This document shows, in pieces, positions 23,076-33,518 of a stretch of DNA of 64,000 bases. The notes beneath the pieces are model-generated. The model was not told the origin of the DNA, searched no databases, and saw only the letters and a list, made by a program, of their open reading frames with translations. Where the stretch lies: positions 1,632,001-1,696,000 of the forward strand of contig CAWIIQ010000001.1 of the NCBI GenBank assembly GCA_963836185.1. The letters are read 5' to 3'. The position numbers were made by a program, and so were the translations under genes. The first letter of the stretch is position 1. Each line of letters begins with the position of its first letter. This stretch comes from Candidatus Krumholzibacteriia bacterium. Its GTDB lineage: Bacteria; Krumholzibacteriota; Krumholzibacteriia; Krumholzibacteriales; Krumholzibacteriaceae.

Positions 23076-23202
23076 CTTTAACAGCCTTTCACGTTTGCCA
23101 GTTCAACCTTGCATAGCCGCAACCGAACGTAGTATATACTCATTGCATGCAGAATCAATCGATTATAATCAGCCCTGAAGCCGGAGAGAAGAAAGAGGGA
23201 AA

Positions 23203-24909
23203 ATGCGCTGGTCCGATAGCCTGATACCGACACTAAAGGAAAATCCCAGGGAAGCGGAGATACCGAGCCACATGCTTATGCTGAGGGCCGGATTGATCAA
23301 GAAGCTCACATCCGGAGTCTACACATTCCTGCCCGTCGGACTCAGGGTTCTCAAGAAGATCGAACAGATAATACGCGAGGAAATGGACGAGGCTGGATGC
23401 CAGGAGCTGCTCATGCCGATACTCCACCCTGAGGAGATCTATGGCGAGAGCGGCAGACTGAAGAGTTTCGGCCCGGAACTTTTCAAGCTGAAGGACAGCA
23501 GGGAGAGAGTGTTCGCCCTCGGGCCGACGCACGAGGAAGTGATCACTATCATCGCCCGCGACGAGATGCGGAGTTACCGTGACCTGCCGCAGACACTGTA
23601 CCAGATACTCACCAAGTTCAGAGATGAGATCAGGCCGAGATATGGCGTGATGCGCGCCCGCGAATTCATCATGAAAGATGCCTACTCCTTCCACGCGGAC
23701 GACGAATGTCTCGACAGGACTTACAGGAGGATAGAGGCTGTCTACCGCAGGATCATAGAGAGGTGCGGCCTCGAATTCGCAATCGTGGAAGCAGAATCAG
23801 GATACATAGGCGGAAACGAATCCCACGAGTTCATGGTCCTCGCCGAAAACGGAGAGGACATGCTGCTCTCATGCGTGTGCGGCTATGCAGTAAACCTCGA
23901 GAAGGCCGCGGCGCGGGTAGCTGAGGGAAGCAGGGGAGAATCGCTGGACAAATACGAGGAGATCGATACTCCCGGGACCACTACCATAGAAGAGGTATCC
24001 CGGTTTCTCGAGGTCCCCGAGGAGGGGATCGTCAAGACACTCCTCTACAGAACGGGAGAGAAGAACGTCGCCGTACTGGTTCCAGGCGACAGGGAAGTCA
24101 ACGATATAAAACTCGCCCGCGTATTCGACGACCCTGAGATCCGCTTCCTCGAACCGGGAGAGATCGAGATCGTCACCGGCGGCCCTGTCGGATTCTCGGG
24201 CCCCGTCGGGCTCCCCGGGGATGTCGAGATCGTAGCGGATACCCTTATAGGGGACTTCGCCGGGATGGTAGTAGGAGCGAACAGAGCGGATACTCATCTC
24301 AAGGGTGTCGCCGCAGGCAGGGATTTCGAGATATCGAGATTCGACGACCTCGTCTACGCGCGCCAGGACGATCTCTGCCCGAGGTGCGGCAAGGGTCTTT
24401 CCTCAAGCCGTGGAATAGAAGTGGGGCATATCTTCAAACTAGGCACCAAGTACTCATCGGCGATGAACGCCACTTTCCAGGACGACAAGGGTGAGAGCCA
24501 CCCCTTTATCATGGGGTGCTACGGATTCGGTGTCAGCAGGATGGTCGCTGCCGCGATCGAACAGAACTTCGACAAGGACGGGATCGTATGGCCGATGTCG
24601 ATCGCGCCATTCCAGGTATTGCTGCTCCCGTTGAACACGAGCGATGAAGCAGTCATGGACGCCGCTCATGCCCTTGAGGAGAAACTGGCCGGAGCGGGCC
24701 TGGAAGTCCTGATGGATGACAGGGACCTCGGTCCGGGGGTAAAGTTCAAGGATGCGGACCTTACCGGCGTACCATTGAGGGTCACTATAGGCAGAAAGAT
24801 AAAGGACGGGATAGTCGAACTGTTTCACAGAAAAACAGGACAGGTCGATGACCTGACAGTCGACGACGCCGCCCTGAAAGTAATAGAAATAGCGGGGATC
24901 AGAGACTAG
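23203..24909 (+). CDS. proS: Proline--tRNA ligase (bacterial type with editing domain)
   Basis: LGPTHEE, FRDEIRPRYGVMRAREFIMKDAYSF, GIEVGHIFKLG, MGCYGFG. Confidence 0.97.
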   Translation: MRWSDSLIPTLKENPREAEIPSHMLMLRAGLIKKLTSGVYTFLPVGLRVLKKIEQIIREEMDEAGCQELLMPILHPEEIYGESGRLKSFGPELFKLKDSRERVFALGPTHEEVITIIARDEMRSYRDLPQTLYQILTKFRDEIRPRYGVMRAREFIMKDAYSFHADDECLDRTYRRIEAVYRRIIERCGLEFAIVEAESGYIGGNESHEFMVLAENGEDMLLSCVCGYAVNLEKAAARVAEGSRGESLDKYEEIDTPGTTTIEEVSRFLEVPEEGIVKTLLYRTGEKNVAVLVPGDREVNDIKLARVFDDPEIRFLEPGEIEIVTGGPVGFSGPVGLPGDVEIVADTLIGDFAGMVVGANRADTHLKGVAAGRDFEISRFDDLVYARQDDLCPRCGKGLSSSRGIEVGHIFKLGTKYSSAMNATFQDDKGESHPFIMGCYGFGVSRMVAAAIEQNFDKDGIVWPMSIAPFQVLLLPLNTSDEAVMDAAHALEEKLAGAGLEVLMDDRDLGPGVKFKDADLTGVPLRVTIGRKIKDGIVELFHRKTGQVDDLTVDDAALKVIEIAGIRD

Positions 24910-25151
24910 AGAGTCTGTCTGGAAAGCCTGGACTTGATACGCGCGGCGGTCCTGTGATGGATGATTCCCATCTTGGCTGACTTGTCGACCCTGGAAGCGA
25001 GGGCGGGAAAGCTCTCTTTCGCCACTGCGCTGTCATCGATGGCCTTGAAACCCTTGATCGCCTTACGGAGAAGACTCCTGTGCTTTTTGTTCATCAGGCG
25101 CCTCTTCTCGTTCTGGCGCATTCTTTTCCATGCGGACTTGTGATTCGGCAT
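24906..25151 (-). CDS. rpsT: 30S ribosomal protein S20
   Basis: MPNHKSAWKRMRQNEKRR...IIHHRTAARIKSRL; GGAGGTG SD on the minus strand. Confidence 0.95.
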   Translation of the reverse strand: MPNHKSAWKRMRQNEKRRLMNKKHRSLLRKAIKGFKAIDDSAVAKESFPALASRVDKSAKMGIIHHRTAARIKSRLSRQTL

Positions 25152-25200
25152 CCGGTATTCACCTCCAAGTGATGCGCTAACATAACGGAAGGCCCCTTCT

Positions 25201-27012
25201 TTGTCAAGTAGTCAGAGGAACAAAATACGCAAAAAGATAGAGCGGATGCCTGACTCTCCCGGGGTCTATTTCTTCAAGAACCTGAGGGGCCGGGTTATAT
25301 ATGTCGGGAAAGCGAGAAAACTCGTCAGCAGGGCACGCAGCTATATGCAGGACCCTGCCCGGCTGGATCCCAAGACCAGGGCGCTGATGGAGACAGCTGA
25401 CTCGGTCGATTATATCGCTACCGGAAACGAGATCGAGGCCCTCGTCCTCGAAGCCAGCATGATACGCGAGTACCGGCCGAAATACAATATCAGGCTGAAA
25501 GACGATAAACGTTATCCATATCTGAAGATAACGGCGAACGAGGAATTTCCGAGGCTACTGATCGTGCGAAGGGTCCTCGATGACGGCGGGGAGTACTTCG
25601 GCCCCTATACAGACGCCGGGGCAGTCAGGCGGACACTCAATGCCATAAAGACGATATTCCCCCTTCGTGACTGCAAGGGGCCATTCAGGAAAAGGAAGCG
25701 TGAGTGTCTCAACTTCCAGATAGGTAGGTGCCTCGGTCCCTGCACGGGAAGAACGGGGCAGACGGAGTATGCTGGCGTCGTAAGGCAGCTGCGGATGTTT
25801 CTCCGGGGTCACAACGAGGCGCTGCTGGAAGAGCTGCGAGCTTCGATGCAGGCACTTTCCGCGGTAAAACGGTACGAGGGAGCCTCTGTGATCAGGGACC
25901 AGATCGCCTCGATAGTGAAGATAAGCGAGAGACAGCATGCGGTAGACCCGGGCGGATCGGACGAGGATGCCGTTGCGATCGCCAGGGAAGGTGGAAATGC
26001 CTGCGGTGTCGTCATGAGGGTGCGTGAAGGGAGAATCATCAGCTCCGAAGCCTTTATGATGCCTGTGGTTCCAACAGATGATATTGCCGAATCTTACGAA
26101 GAATTCTTCAAGTTGTACTATAATAGCTCACTTGATATACCCCCCGGTATCCTGATCCAGTATCAGCTGCCGGATGGAGACCTTATAGCCAGATGGTTGA
26201 AAATGAGGACCGGGAGGAGCGTATCCATATCTGTTCCGAAGCGCGGTCACCGCACAAGGCTGGTCGGCCTGGCCGAGAAGAATGCCGCATCCAGGCTCAT
26301 CACACTTCGAGGAAGGAAAGCTTCGGCTAACAGGGAGCTGGGGGAGCTGAAAAAGGCTCTTGGCCTTGCCTCGACACCGTCCCGTATCGAGGCTTTCGAT
26401 ATATCGAATGTGCAGGGTACTGGAGCCGTGGGTTCGATGGTGACATTCGTTGATGGCAAACCCCTTAAATCGGGGTACCGGCACTTCAGGATAAGGAGTG
26501 TCGAGGGGCAGGATGATTTCGCGATGATGAAGGAGGTACTGGGCCGAAGGCTTGAACGGATGAAGGACGGCAAGACGAGGCGCCCCGACCTGATACTCGT
26601 AGACGGCGGTATGGGACAGGTCTCTTCCGCGATAGAGGCGATGGAAGCGAGCCGTGTCTCGCCGATACCTGTCATCGGCCTCGCCAAAAAGAACGAGGAG
26701 ATATTTGTTCCGGGGCGGAAGGATCCCGTCGTCCTCTCGAGAAGAAATCCCGGCCTCAAGCTTCTTCAGAAGGCTCGTGATGAGGCTCACAGGTTCGCCG
26801 TAGAGTACCACCGGAAGCTGCGGAGCAGAGGGCTCGTCGAATCGGAGATCGACGCGATACCCGGAGTCGGCGAATACAGGAAGATGCAGCTGCTGGTCCG
26901 TTTCGGAAGCCTGGCCGGGCTGAGAAAGGCCACGGAAGAAGAAATCGCCACAGTGCCGGGTATAGGCCGGGCTGTTGCGGGAAAGATCTATGAGCACATC
27001 CACGGAAACTAA
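25201..27012 (+). CDS. uvrC: Excinuclease ABC subunit C
   Basis: GIY-YIG domain (PGVYFF, YVGKA), IEAFDISN, ILVDGG, RDEAHRFA, HhH motifs. Confidence 0.96.
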   Translation: MSSSQRNKIRKKIERMPDSPGVYFFKNLRGRVIYVGKARKLVSRARSYMQDPARLDPKTRALMETADSVDYIATGNEIEALVLEASMIREYRPKYNIRLKDDKRYPYLKITANEEFPRLLIVRRVLDDGGEYFGPYTDAGAVRRTLNAIKTIFPLRDCKGPFRKRKRECLNFQIGRCLGPCTGRTGQTEYAGVVRQLRMFLRGHNEALLEELRASMQALSAVKRYEGASVIRDQIASIVKISERQHAVDPGGSDEDAVAIAREGGNACGVVMRVREGRIISSEAFMMPVVPTDDIAESYEEFFKLYYNSSLDIPPGILIQYQLPDGDLIARWLKMRTGRSVSISVPKRGHRTRLVGLAEKNAASRLITLRGRKASANRELGELKKALGLASTPSRIEAFDISNVQGTGAVGSMVTFVDGKPLKSGYRHFRIRSVEGQDDFAMMKEVLGRRLERMKDGKTRRPDLILVDGGMGQVSSAIEAMEASRVSPIPVIGLAKKNEEIFVPGRKDPVVLSRRNPGLKLLQKARDEAHRFAVEYHRKLRSRGLVESEIDAIPGVGEYRKMQLLVRFGSLAGLRKATEEEIATVPGIGRAVAGKIYEHIHGN

Positions 27013-27907
27013 CGGCCAGGGGCTGTTCGCGATGCTGGGAGAGGCATACATCGATCACCTCGCCGTAGAAAAGGGCCTCAGCCCCCTTACGATAGATGCC
27101 TACAGAAGCGACCTGCGGGAATATTTCAAATGGCTCAAGGCTGCTGGCATCGAATCGCCGGAAAAGATAGATCTAGATTCGAGCCTTCGTTTCACCGCCG
27201 GTCTCGAGAAGGAAAAGAGCCGTTCCTCGAGATCGCGGCTCCTCAGCGCCGTAAAGGGATTCCACAGATACCTCTATCGCGAAGGCGAACTGCCTGACCT
27301 CGATATTACGTCCATATCATCTCCCCGGATAAGGAGGCACGTCCCCTTTGTCCTCTCTCAGGAAGAGACCGCGGCGCTTCTCGGCCAGCCTGACGAGTCA
27401 GGTGCGGGCCTTCGGGACAGGGCCATGCTGGAGATAGCGTACTCGACAGGGATGAGAGTCTCTGAGGTCTGCGGGCTGCGCTTCGAATCTCTCGACCTCG
27501 AATCGAGGCTTGTGCGCATAAGGGGCAAGGGGGGCAGGGAGAGGATAGTGCCTGTAGGGTCGCATGCCATGAGGTCACTCGAGAGATATACATCTGAATC
27601 AAGGCCCGGGTTCCTCTCTGATCCCACGGTGCCCTTTGTATTTCTCAACTATAGAGGCGGGCCTCTGTCGAGAGTCAGCTTCTGGAAGCTCCTGAAGAAA
27701 TATGCCGCTATGGCCGGTCTTCCTGCCGATGTAACGCCCCATACCCTCCGTCATTCCTTCGCGACCCACCTGATAGAGGGAGGCGCCGACCTCAGGGCCG
27801 TGCAGGAACTGCTCGGTCATTCGAGCATAGCAACGACCCAGATCTATACGAGTCTCGATGTCGATTATCTCCTCGAGGTCCACCGGACATTTCACCCCAG
27901 GGGGTGA
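26990..27907 (+). CDS. xerD: Tyrosine recombinase XerD
   Basis: [51 protein letters not shown] end; lies upstream of scpAB. Confidence 0.85.
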   Translation: MSTSTETNGQGLFAMLGEAYIDHLAVEKGLSPLTIDAYRSDLREYFKWLKAAGIESPEKIDLDSSLRFTAGLEKEKSRSSRSRLLSAVKGFHRYLYREGELPDLDITSISSPRIRRHVPFVLSQEETAALLGQPDESGAGLRDRAMLEIAYSTGMRVSEVCGLRFESLDLESRLVRIRGKGGRERIVPVGSHAMRSLERYTSESRPGFLSDPTVPFVFLNYRGGPLSRVSFWKLLKKYAAMAGLPADVTPHTLRHSFATHLIEGGADLRAVQELLGHSSIATTQIYTSLDVDYLLEVHRTFHPRG

Positions 27908-27914
27908 TATCTTG

Positions 27915-27943
27915 TTGACACAAGCCCGTGTATCACTTAGCAT
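27915..27943 (+). promoter_or_regulatory. Sigma70-type promoter for scpA
   Basis: TTGACA-17 nt-TAGCAT. Confidence 0.5.
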
Positions 27944-28014
27944 TCCGTTTGGTTTGCATCATCCGGAGAAGCCTCCGGATCAGACAGGGGCGACCGACTG
28001 GAAACGGACCATCC

Positions 28015-28770
28015 ATGAGCTATCACGTACGCTTGACACATTTTGAAGGCCCCCTCGATCTGCTTATGCATCTTATCCGCAGGGACAAGATAGATGTGCA
28101 GGACATACCGATATCCCATATAACGAAAGAATATCTATCCTACATCGAGATAATGCAGGAACTGCGGCTCGAGGTGGCCGGAGAGTTCTTCGTCATGGCC
28201 GCCACCCTCATGAGAATAAAGGCCCAGATGCTCCTTCCGCGGAGGCAGGAAGAGGAGGAAGAAGAGGATCCGAGGGAAGAGCTTGTCAGAAACCTCCTCG
28301 AGTACAGAAAATTCAAGGAAGCGGCCAGCCACTTCGCTGAAAAGGAAGATGACAGAAGGAAGGTCTTTACCAGACCCGCGGCCAGACAGCCTGAAGGAGG
28401 GCAGGAACCTTCGCTCATGGAAGTCTCCATCTTCGACCTGGTTGATGCATTCAAAAAGGTCATGGATGACCTGAAGAAGCAGATAAGTTACAGGGTCGAG
28501 AAAGAATCCCATACTGTCGAAGAGAAGATCGACCATATACGCGGCAAGGTGGACACCAGCTCGGAAGTCCTGTTCACAGAACTTTTTTCCGGCGAGACCG
28601 ACAGGCTGGAGATCATCGTGACATTTCTTGCCATCCTCGAGATGGTAAAACTCGGTGAACTCTCAGCCAGGCAGATGAAGGCTGGAGGTGACGTCTGGCT
28701 CTACAGGCCGGGCGGCGCGCCGAATGAAGGACCGAAGGAGATACCCGATGGAGTCAGGGAAAAAGGTTGA
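28015..28770 (+). CDS. scpA: Segregation/condensation protein A
   Basis: FEGPLDLLMHLI, AGEFFVMAATL, DPREELV, IVTFLAILE. Confidence 0.94.
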   Translation: MSYHVRLTHFEGPLDLLMHLIRRDKIDVQDIPISHITKEYLSYIEIMQELRLEVAGEFFVMAATLMRIKAQMLLPRRQEEEEEEDPREELVRNLLEYRKFKEAASHFAEKEDDRRKVFTRPAARQPEGGQEPSLMEVSIFDLVDAFKKVMDDLKKQISYRVEKESHTVEEKIDHIRGKVDTSSEVLFTELFSGETDRLEIIVTFLAILEMVKLGELSARQMKAGGDVWLYRPGGAPNEGPKEIPDGVREKG

Positions 28771-29380
28771 GCCCGGCAGGCTTGCCTCGGAAATAGAAGC
28801 GGTCCTCTTTGCATCCGATGCCCCGATAAGCATCAGCAGGCTTTCCGCTATAACCGGTGAGACCTCCGTAAAAACGATAAAGGAAACTGTGGCGGAACTC
28901 GAGGAGTTCTACCGATCATGCGACAGGAGCTTCGGGATCGTCGAGGTCGCGGGCGGGTTCCAGATAGCTACTCTGCCGGAATACGCTTCGACAGTATCAC
29001 TTCTCTTTAAGAGCAGGCGAAAGGCGAGGCTCTCGCAGGCCGCGCTCGAGACCCTGGCGATCATAGCGTACAGGCAGCCGATCAGCAGGATGGGAGTCGA
29101 AGCCATAAGGGGCGTGAATTGTGACGGGGTCCTCTCGACTTTGGTCGACAGGGAACTGATCGTTATCAGCGGCCGCGGAGAAGGACTGGGAAGGCCCTTC
29201 CTTTTTTCGACCACATCAAGGTTCCTCGAGTACCTGGGCCTTAAGGACATCAGGGATATTCCTGAGATGGAAGAACTCGAGAAAAGCCTGGAATCTATAG
29301 ATCTAATACCACCGCCGGAGTCACAGGAAGAAGCCGGGGATCAAGCCGAAGAAGAAGACCACGGGACTGATGAGTCCTAG
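28748..29380 (+). CDS. scpB: Segregation/condensation protein B
   Basis: IEAVLFAS, LSQAALETLAIIAYRQP, IRGVN, GRPFLF..FLEYLGL. Confidence 0.95.
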   Translation: MESGKKVEPGRLASEIEAVLFASDAPISISRLSAITGETSVKTIKETVAELEEFYRSCDRSFGIVEVAGGFQIATLPEYASTVSLLFKSRRKARLSQAALETLAIIAYRQPISRMGVEAIRGVNCDGVLSTLVDRELIVISGRGEGLGRPFLFSTTSRFLEYLGLKDIRDIPEMEELEKSLESIDLIPPPESQEEAGDQAEEEDHGTDES

Positions 29381-30107
29381 AATGAGGATCAACCGTTTCC
29401 TCGCCTCCGCGGGGATCGGATCTCGAAGAAAATGCGAGAATGTGATCAGGGAGGGGAGAGTTCAGATAAACGGCGAGGCTATCTCTGAACTTGCCAGGTT
29501 CATCGATACTGAGACAGACAGTGTGACCGTTGACGGCAAAACTGTCGAAGCGCTCAGAGACAGGATGATCCTGGTGATCGACAAGCCTTCCGGGGTCCTC
29601 AGCACTGTAAGCGACGATCGTGGAAGAAAGACCGTTATCGATCTGGCCCGGGAGACGGGATACGGAGACAGGCTCTTTCCGGTCGGACGGCTGGACATGG
29701 ACACCACCGGCCTGCTTCTTTTGACGAACGATGGCGATCTTGCATACAGGCTGACACATCCCCGGTACAAGATAGAGAAGAGATACCTCGTAACCGTTGA
29801 GGGCTTTATCGACGATGGGAGTGTGGGATCGATCGGATCCGGAGTCGACCTGGAAGATTATGTGACGATGCCATGTGAAGTTCGCGTGATCGAGCGATCG
29901 AGAGATACATCACAACTCGAAATACGGCTTAAAGAGGGTAAGAAAAGACAGATCAGGAGGATGTTAGCGGAATCTGGACACAAGGTTTTAAAACTGAGGA
30001 GAGTCGCTCTCGGTGACCTGGAGTTCGACGATCTTGAGGCGGGTGACATCCGCCCGCTTACCGCTGAAGAGGAATCAAGGCTGAAGGAATTAACAGGACT
30101 GTTGTGA
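29370..30107 (+). CDS. rluB: rRNA pseudouridine synthase (RluB/RsuA family)
   Basis: S4 domain; GRLDMDTTGLLLLTNDG; EGKKRQIRRM; scpAB-rluB synteny. Confidence 0.85.
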   Translation: MSPRMRINRFLASAGIGSRRKCENVIREGRVQINGEAISELARFIDTETDSVTVDGKTVEALRDRMILVIDKPSGVLSTVSDDRGRKTVIDLARETGYGDRLFPVGRLDMDTTGLLLLTNDGDLAYRLTHPRYKIEKRYLVTVEGFIDDGSVGSIGSGVDLEDYVTMPCEVRVIERSRDTSQLEIRLKEGKKRQIRRMLAESGHKVLKLRRVALGDLEFDDLEAGDIRPLTAEEESRLKELTGLL

Positions 30108-30120
30108 AGGAGAGTACCGG

Positions 30121-31230
30121 ATGGATTTCAAGAAACTGATGCAGCCTCATCTCAAGAATGTCAAGCCTTACGTGCCTGGCAAGCCGATCGAGGAACTGCG
30201 CAGGGAACGTAATATCGAAGGTGAGATCATCAAGCTCGCCTCGAACGAGAATCCGTATCAGCCTCTCGAAGAGATAAAGCGGATGATCATCGAGGAACTC
30301 GACAACATCAACAGATATCCCAACTCCGGCAGCCATTATCTTTCTCTCGAGCTCTCTGAAAAACACGGCCTCGGTCAGGACCAGATATTCGTCGGTAATG
30401 GCTCTAACGAGATCATCGATCTTCTCGTACGAGCCTTCGTGCGGCTCGATGAGGATGTCTTGTATCCCTTCCCCAGTTTCATCGCCTATCCTCTGATCAT
30501 CCATCAGATGGGAGTGGGGGAGGTAAAGGTACCGCTCGTAGATTATACGCTCGACCTTGACGCTATGAAGAACGCTGTTACAAGCAAGACAAAGATGGTG
30601 TTCATCTGCAATCCCAACAATCCGACAGGAACGTACGTGCCGGAAAATGATGTGATCAATTTCCTGAAAGGGATCAGAAAAGATATAATCGTCGTCTTCG
30701 ACGAAGCGTATTTCGAGTACGTAACCGCGGACGACTATCCCGATTCCAGAAAGCTCCTCGACAGATTCAGGAACATTGTCATACTGAGGACTTTCTCCAA
30801 GGCCCACTCACTGTCCGGGGTCAGGATCGGGTACGCGATGGCTGACCCGGAAGTCGTGACGATCCTTCACATGGTAAGGCAGCCGTTCAACGTCAACAGA
30901 CTCGCGCAGGCAGCCGCGAGAGCCGCACTCAGACACTCCGGGATTCTCGCGGACAGGATCGCTGAGAACAATTCAGAAAGAACAAGGGTGGCCATGGAAA
31001 TGCGGGCGCTCGGATTCTCCGTGCCCGACTCCCAGACGAACTTTCTGCTTGCCGTACCTGAAGGGCCTGACAGCGATATCGTAGACAGATTGATGGACCT
31101 CGGGATAATTGTCAGGAGCGGAGCTCCCTGGGGGCTGGGAGCAGAATCGTTCCGTGTGTCGATCGGGACCCCGGCCGAGAACGACAGGTTCCTGGAAGGT
31201 CTCCGGCAGGTCCTCAAGCAGGAACGATAG
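30121..31230 (+). CDS. hisC: Histidinol-phosphate aminotransferase
   Basis: KLASNENP, GNGSNEII, CNPNNPTG, DEAY, RTFSKAHSLSGVRIGY. Confidence 0.92.
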   Translation: MDFKKLMQPHLKNVKPYVPGKPIEELRRERNIEGEIIKLASNENPYQPLEEIKRMIIEELDNINRYPNSGSHYLSLELSEKHGLGQDQIFVGNGSNEIIDLLVRAFVRLDEDVLYPFPSFIAYPLIIHQMGVGEVKVPLVDYTLDLDAMKNAVTSKTKMVFICNPNNPTGTYVPENDVINFLKGIRKDIIVVFDEAYFEYVTADDYPDSRKLLDRFRNIVILRTFSKAHSLSGVRIGYAMADPEVVTILHMVRQPFNVNRLAQAAARAALRHSGILADRIAENNSERTRVAMEMRALGFSVPDSQTNFLLAVPEGPDSDIVDRLMDLGIIVRSGAPWGLGAESFRVSIGTPAENDRFLEGLRQVLKQER

Positions 31231-31234
31231 ATCC

Positions 31235-32581
31235 ATGGATTTCCTGCGTGATATGATCGTGACAGTAGACGGCCCTGCCGGTTCCGGCAAGAGTACTACT
31301 GCGCAGGCCCTGTCCAGAAGGCTCGATCTGGCCTATCTCGATACGGGTGCGATGTACCGGGCCGTGACATGGAAGGTGCTGCAGTCCGGCATCGACCCTG
31401 AAGACGGGGCAGCGGTCACCGGTATCGCCGAGAATATTTCTCTCGAAATCGAAATCAGGGAAGACGGTCCCGTTCTCATAGTCGACGGTATCCCCGCCGG
31501 CAGCGAGATCCGGGGGCCAGAGGTATCCGAAGCGGTCTCTCCCGTCAGCGCCCATCCGGGAGTCCGGCGGGAGATGGTCCGCTTCCAGAGGAAGATCGGG
31601 AACAGAGGAGGCATAGTAGCCGAGGGACGCGATACCGGCAGCACTGTCTTTCCTTTCGCTCACGTCAAGATCTATCTCATTGCGGACATGGAAGCCAGGA
31701 TCGAACGCCGTGTCAGTCAGCTCCGCCAGATGGGTATCACCCAGACCGGTGATGAGATCCGCGGCAACCTCGTCAGAAGGGATGAGATCGACTCGGGTCG
31801 CGAACACAGCCCCCTTGTCCGGCCGGTCGGAGCCTTCACCGTCGATACCTCAGGCATTACGATCGAGGAGCAGGTGTCGATCATTGAAGAGATCGTCCGG
31901 AAAGAGGCTGCTCGGCTTGGGGACCTGTACGTGCCGAAGGGCAAGAGGAATCCCGTCAGCAGCGGTCACAGCTTCCTTTTTACCCTCGGCAGGAATATGA
32001 TCAGGTTCCTGGAATGGCTTCTGTTCGGCATCAAGATCTACGGCTCTGATAACCTTCGCTTCGCGGAGGCCTTCTTTTTCGCTTCGAACCACATATCGTA
32101 CTACGATCCACCTATGGTCGGGTCGACATTCAAGCGGGAACTCTGGATAATTGCCAAGAAGGAACTCTTCAGGAACAGAGCATTCGGATGGCTCATCAGT
32201 AAGGTAAATGCGATACCGATCGACAGGGACGGCTTCACAAGGTCGACTCTCAAGGCTATCGATAAGGCTTTCGAAGCTGGAGACTCATTGCTGATGTTTC
32301 CAGAGGGGACAAGATCAAAGACCGGAAGGCTGAAGGAATTCAAGCCGGGTATCGGTATGATCGCCTATCGGTCGGGGAAGAGCATAATCCCGGCTTACAT
32401 TTCCGGAACGGACGCGCTGAAGGAGTGCTTCCTCAGAAAACGCCGCCTCAGTGTCCGTATTGGCAGAGCGATACGGATACCGGAAGAATATCAATCTGAA
32501 GACAGAAAGAAAGACTACGAGATCCTCTCGATGATGATCTATGAGGCGATGAAGATGCTGGAGGATGAGACATATGCTTGA
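31235..32581 (+). CDS. cmk: Cytidylate kinase fused to 1-acyl-glycerol-3-phosphate acyltransferase (Cmk-PlsC)
   Basis: DGPAGSGKST, DTGAMYRA, EGRD, then NHISYYD and FPEGTRS in one uninterrupted frame. Confidence 0.9.
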   Translation: MDFLRDMIVTVDGPAGSGKSTTAQALSRRLDLAYLDTGAMYRAVTWKVLQSGIDPEDGAAVTGIAENISLEIEIREDGPVLIVDGIPAGSEIRGPEVSEAVSPVSAHPGVRREMVRFQRKIGNRGGIVAEGRDTGSTVFPFAHVKIYLIADMEARIERRVSQLRQMGITQTGDEIRGNLVRRDEIDSGREHSPLVRPVGAFTVDTSGITIEEQVSIIEEIVRKEAARLGDLYVPKGKRNPVSSGHSFLFTLGRNMIRFLEWLLFGIKIYGSDNLRFAEAFFFASNHISYYDPPMVGSTFKRELWIIAKKELFRNRAFGWLISKVNAIPIDRDGFTRSTLKAIDKAFEAGDSLLMFPEGTRSKTGRLKEFKPGIGMIAYRSGKSIIPAYISGTDALKECFLRKRRLSVRIGRAIRIPEEYQSEDRKKDYEILSMMIYEAMKMLEDETYA

Positions 32582-33422
32582 AGTGATCGTCTCGCCCATC
32601 ACCGGCTTCTGCTTCGGAGTAAAGAGAGCGATGAGCCTTATAGACGAGGGCCTCGGTGATGGAGGGAAGACGTTATATTCCATCGGGGACGTCATTCACA
32701 ACCCGCAGGCGGTCGATGACCTCAGATCAAGGGGAGTGATCCCCGTCTCATCCATGGATGAACTGTCCGAGGGAGATACTCTGATCATAAGAGCTCACGG
32801 TGTGATGCCCGAGCTTATCGAAAAGGCACGCGGCAGGGGGATCGATCTGATCGATACTACTTGTCCTTTTGTCCAGAAAAGCCAGAAATACGTTCGCAGG
32901 ATGGCAGCTGAGGGAAGAAAGGTCATAATCATCGGAGACAGCAGCCATCCCGAGGTACGCGCCATATCCGGCCAGGCCGGGCCCGATCCGGTCATCATAT
33001 CCACACTTGAGGAAGCACAGGCGCTCTCAGGGATCGATTGTGCCGGAGTAGTGGTTCAGACCACACTTTCGCGCGAAAAAGCGATGAGGATCGTCGAGCA
33101 GCTCGAGAAGAATATCGATGACCTGAGGGTTCATGACACTATCTGTCAGGCTACGGTACTGAGGCGAGAAGCGACACTGGAACTTGCCCGCGATGTAGAC
33201 ATGGTGCTTGTCGTCGGCGGAAAAGGCAGTTCCAACACCAAGAGGCTCTTCCAGATGTGCTCAGAGGAGGGCATAACCGCCAGATTCATCGAAACAGCGG
33301 AGGAAATCGACCCTTCCTGGTTCGACGACGGGAACAGGGTCGGGCTGACGACAGGGACGTCGACTCCCGACTGGGTAATAGAAGAGGTCCTCTCCCGCCT
33401 GGGCCAGATATCCGACTGCTGA
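32574..33422 (+). CDS. ispH: 4-hydroxy-3-methylbut-2-enyl diphosphate reductase
   Basis: GFCFGVKRA, DTTCPFV, HPEV, TICQAT, SSNT, STPDW. Confidence 0.96.
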   Translation: MLEVIVSPITGFCFGVKRAMSLIDEGLGDGGKTLYSIGDVIHNPQAVDDLRSRGVIPVSSMDELSEGDTLIIRAHGVMPELIEKARGRGIDLIDTTCPFVQKSQKYVRRMAAEGRKVIIIGDSSHPEVRAISGQAGPDPVIISTLEEAQALSGIDCAGVVVQTTLSREKAMRIVEQLEKNIDDLRVHDTICQATVLRREATLELARDVDMVLVVGGKGSSNTKRLFQMCSEEGITARFIETAEEIDPSWFDDGNRVGLTTGTSTPDWVIEEVLSRLGQISDC

Positions 33423-33518
33423 AACACCTTAAAACAGCCCCCAGAATTCACTTGCGATCAATCGAAAAAGCACATATCATTCTTCATTAAATCCATTTTG
33501 AAAGGGGAGATAGCTAAA

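Noticed and set aside
23076-23202. SAM riboswitch or T-box upstream of the yitJ-like gene or proS
   Set aside because: Only 127 nt of divergent promoter DNA, with no SAM-I core or T-box/terminator pattern visible.
12659-27907. Two tyrosine recombinases as integrases of a mobile element
   Set aside because: Both have XerC/XerD size, motifs and standard housekeeping synteny; no att repeats or cargo genes seen.
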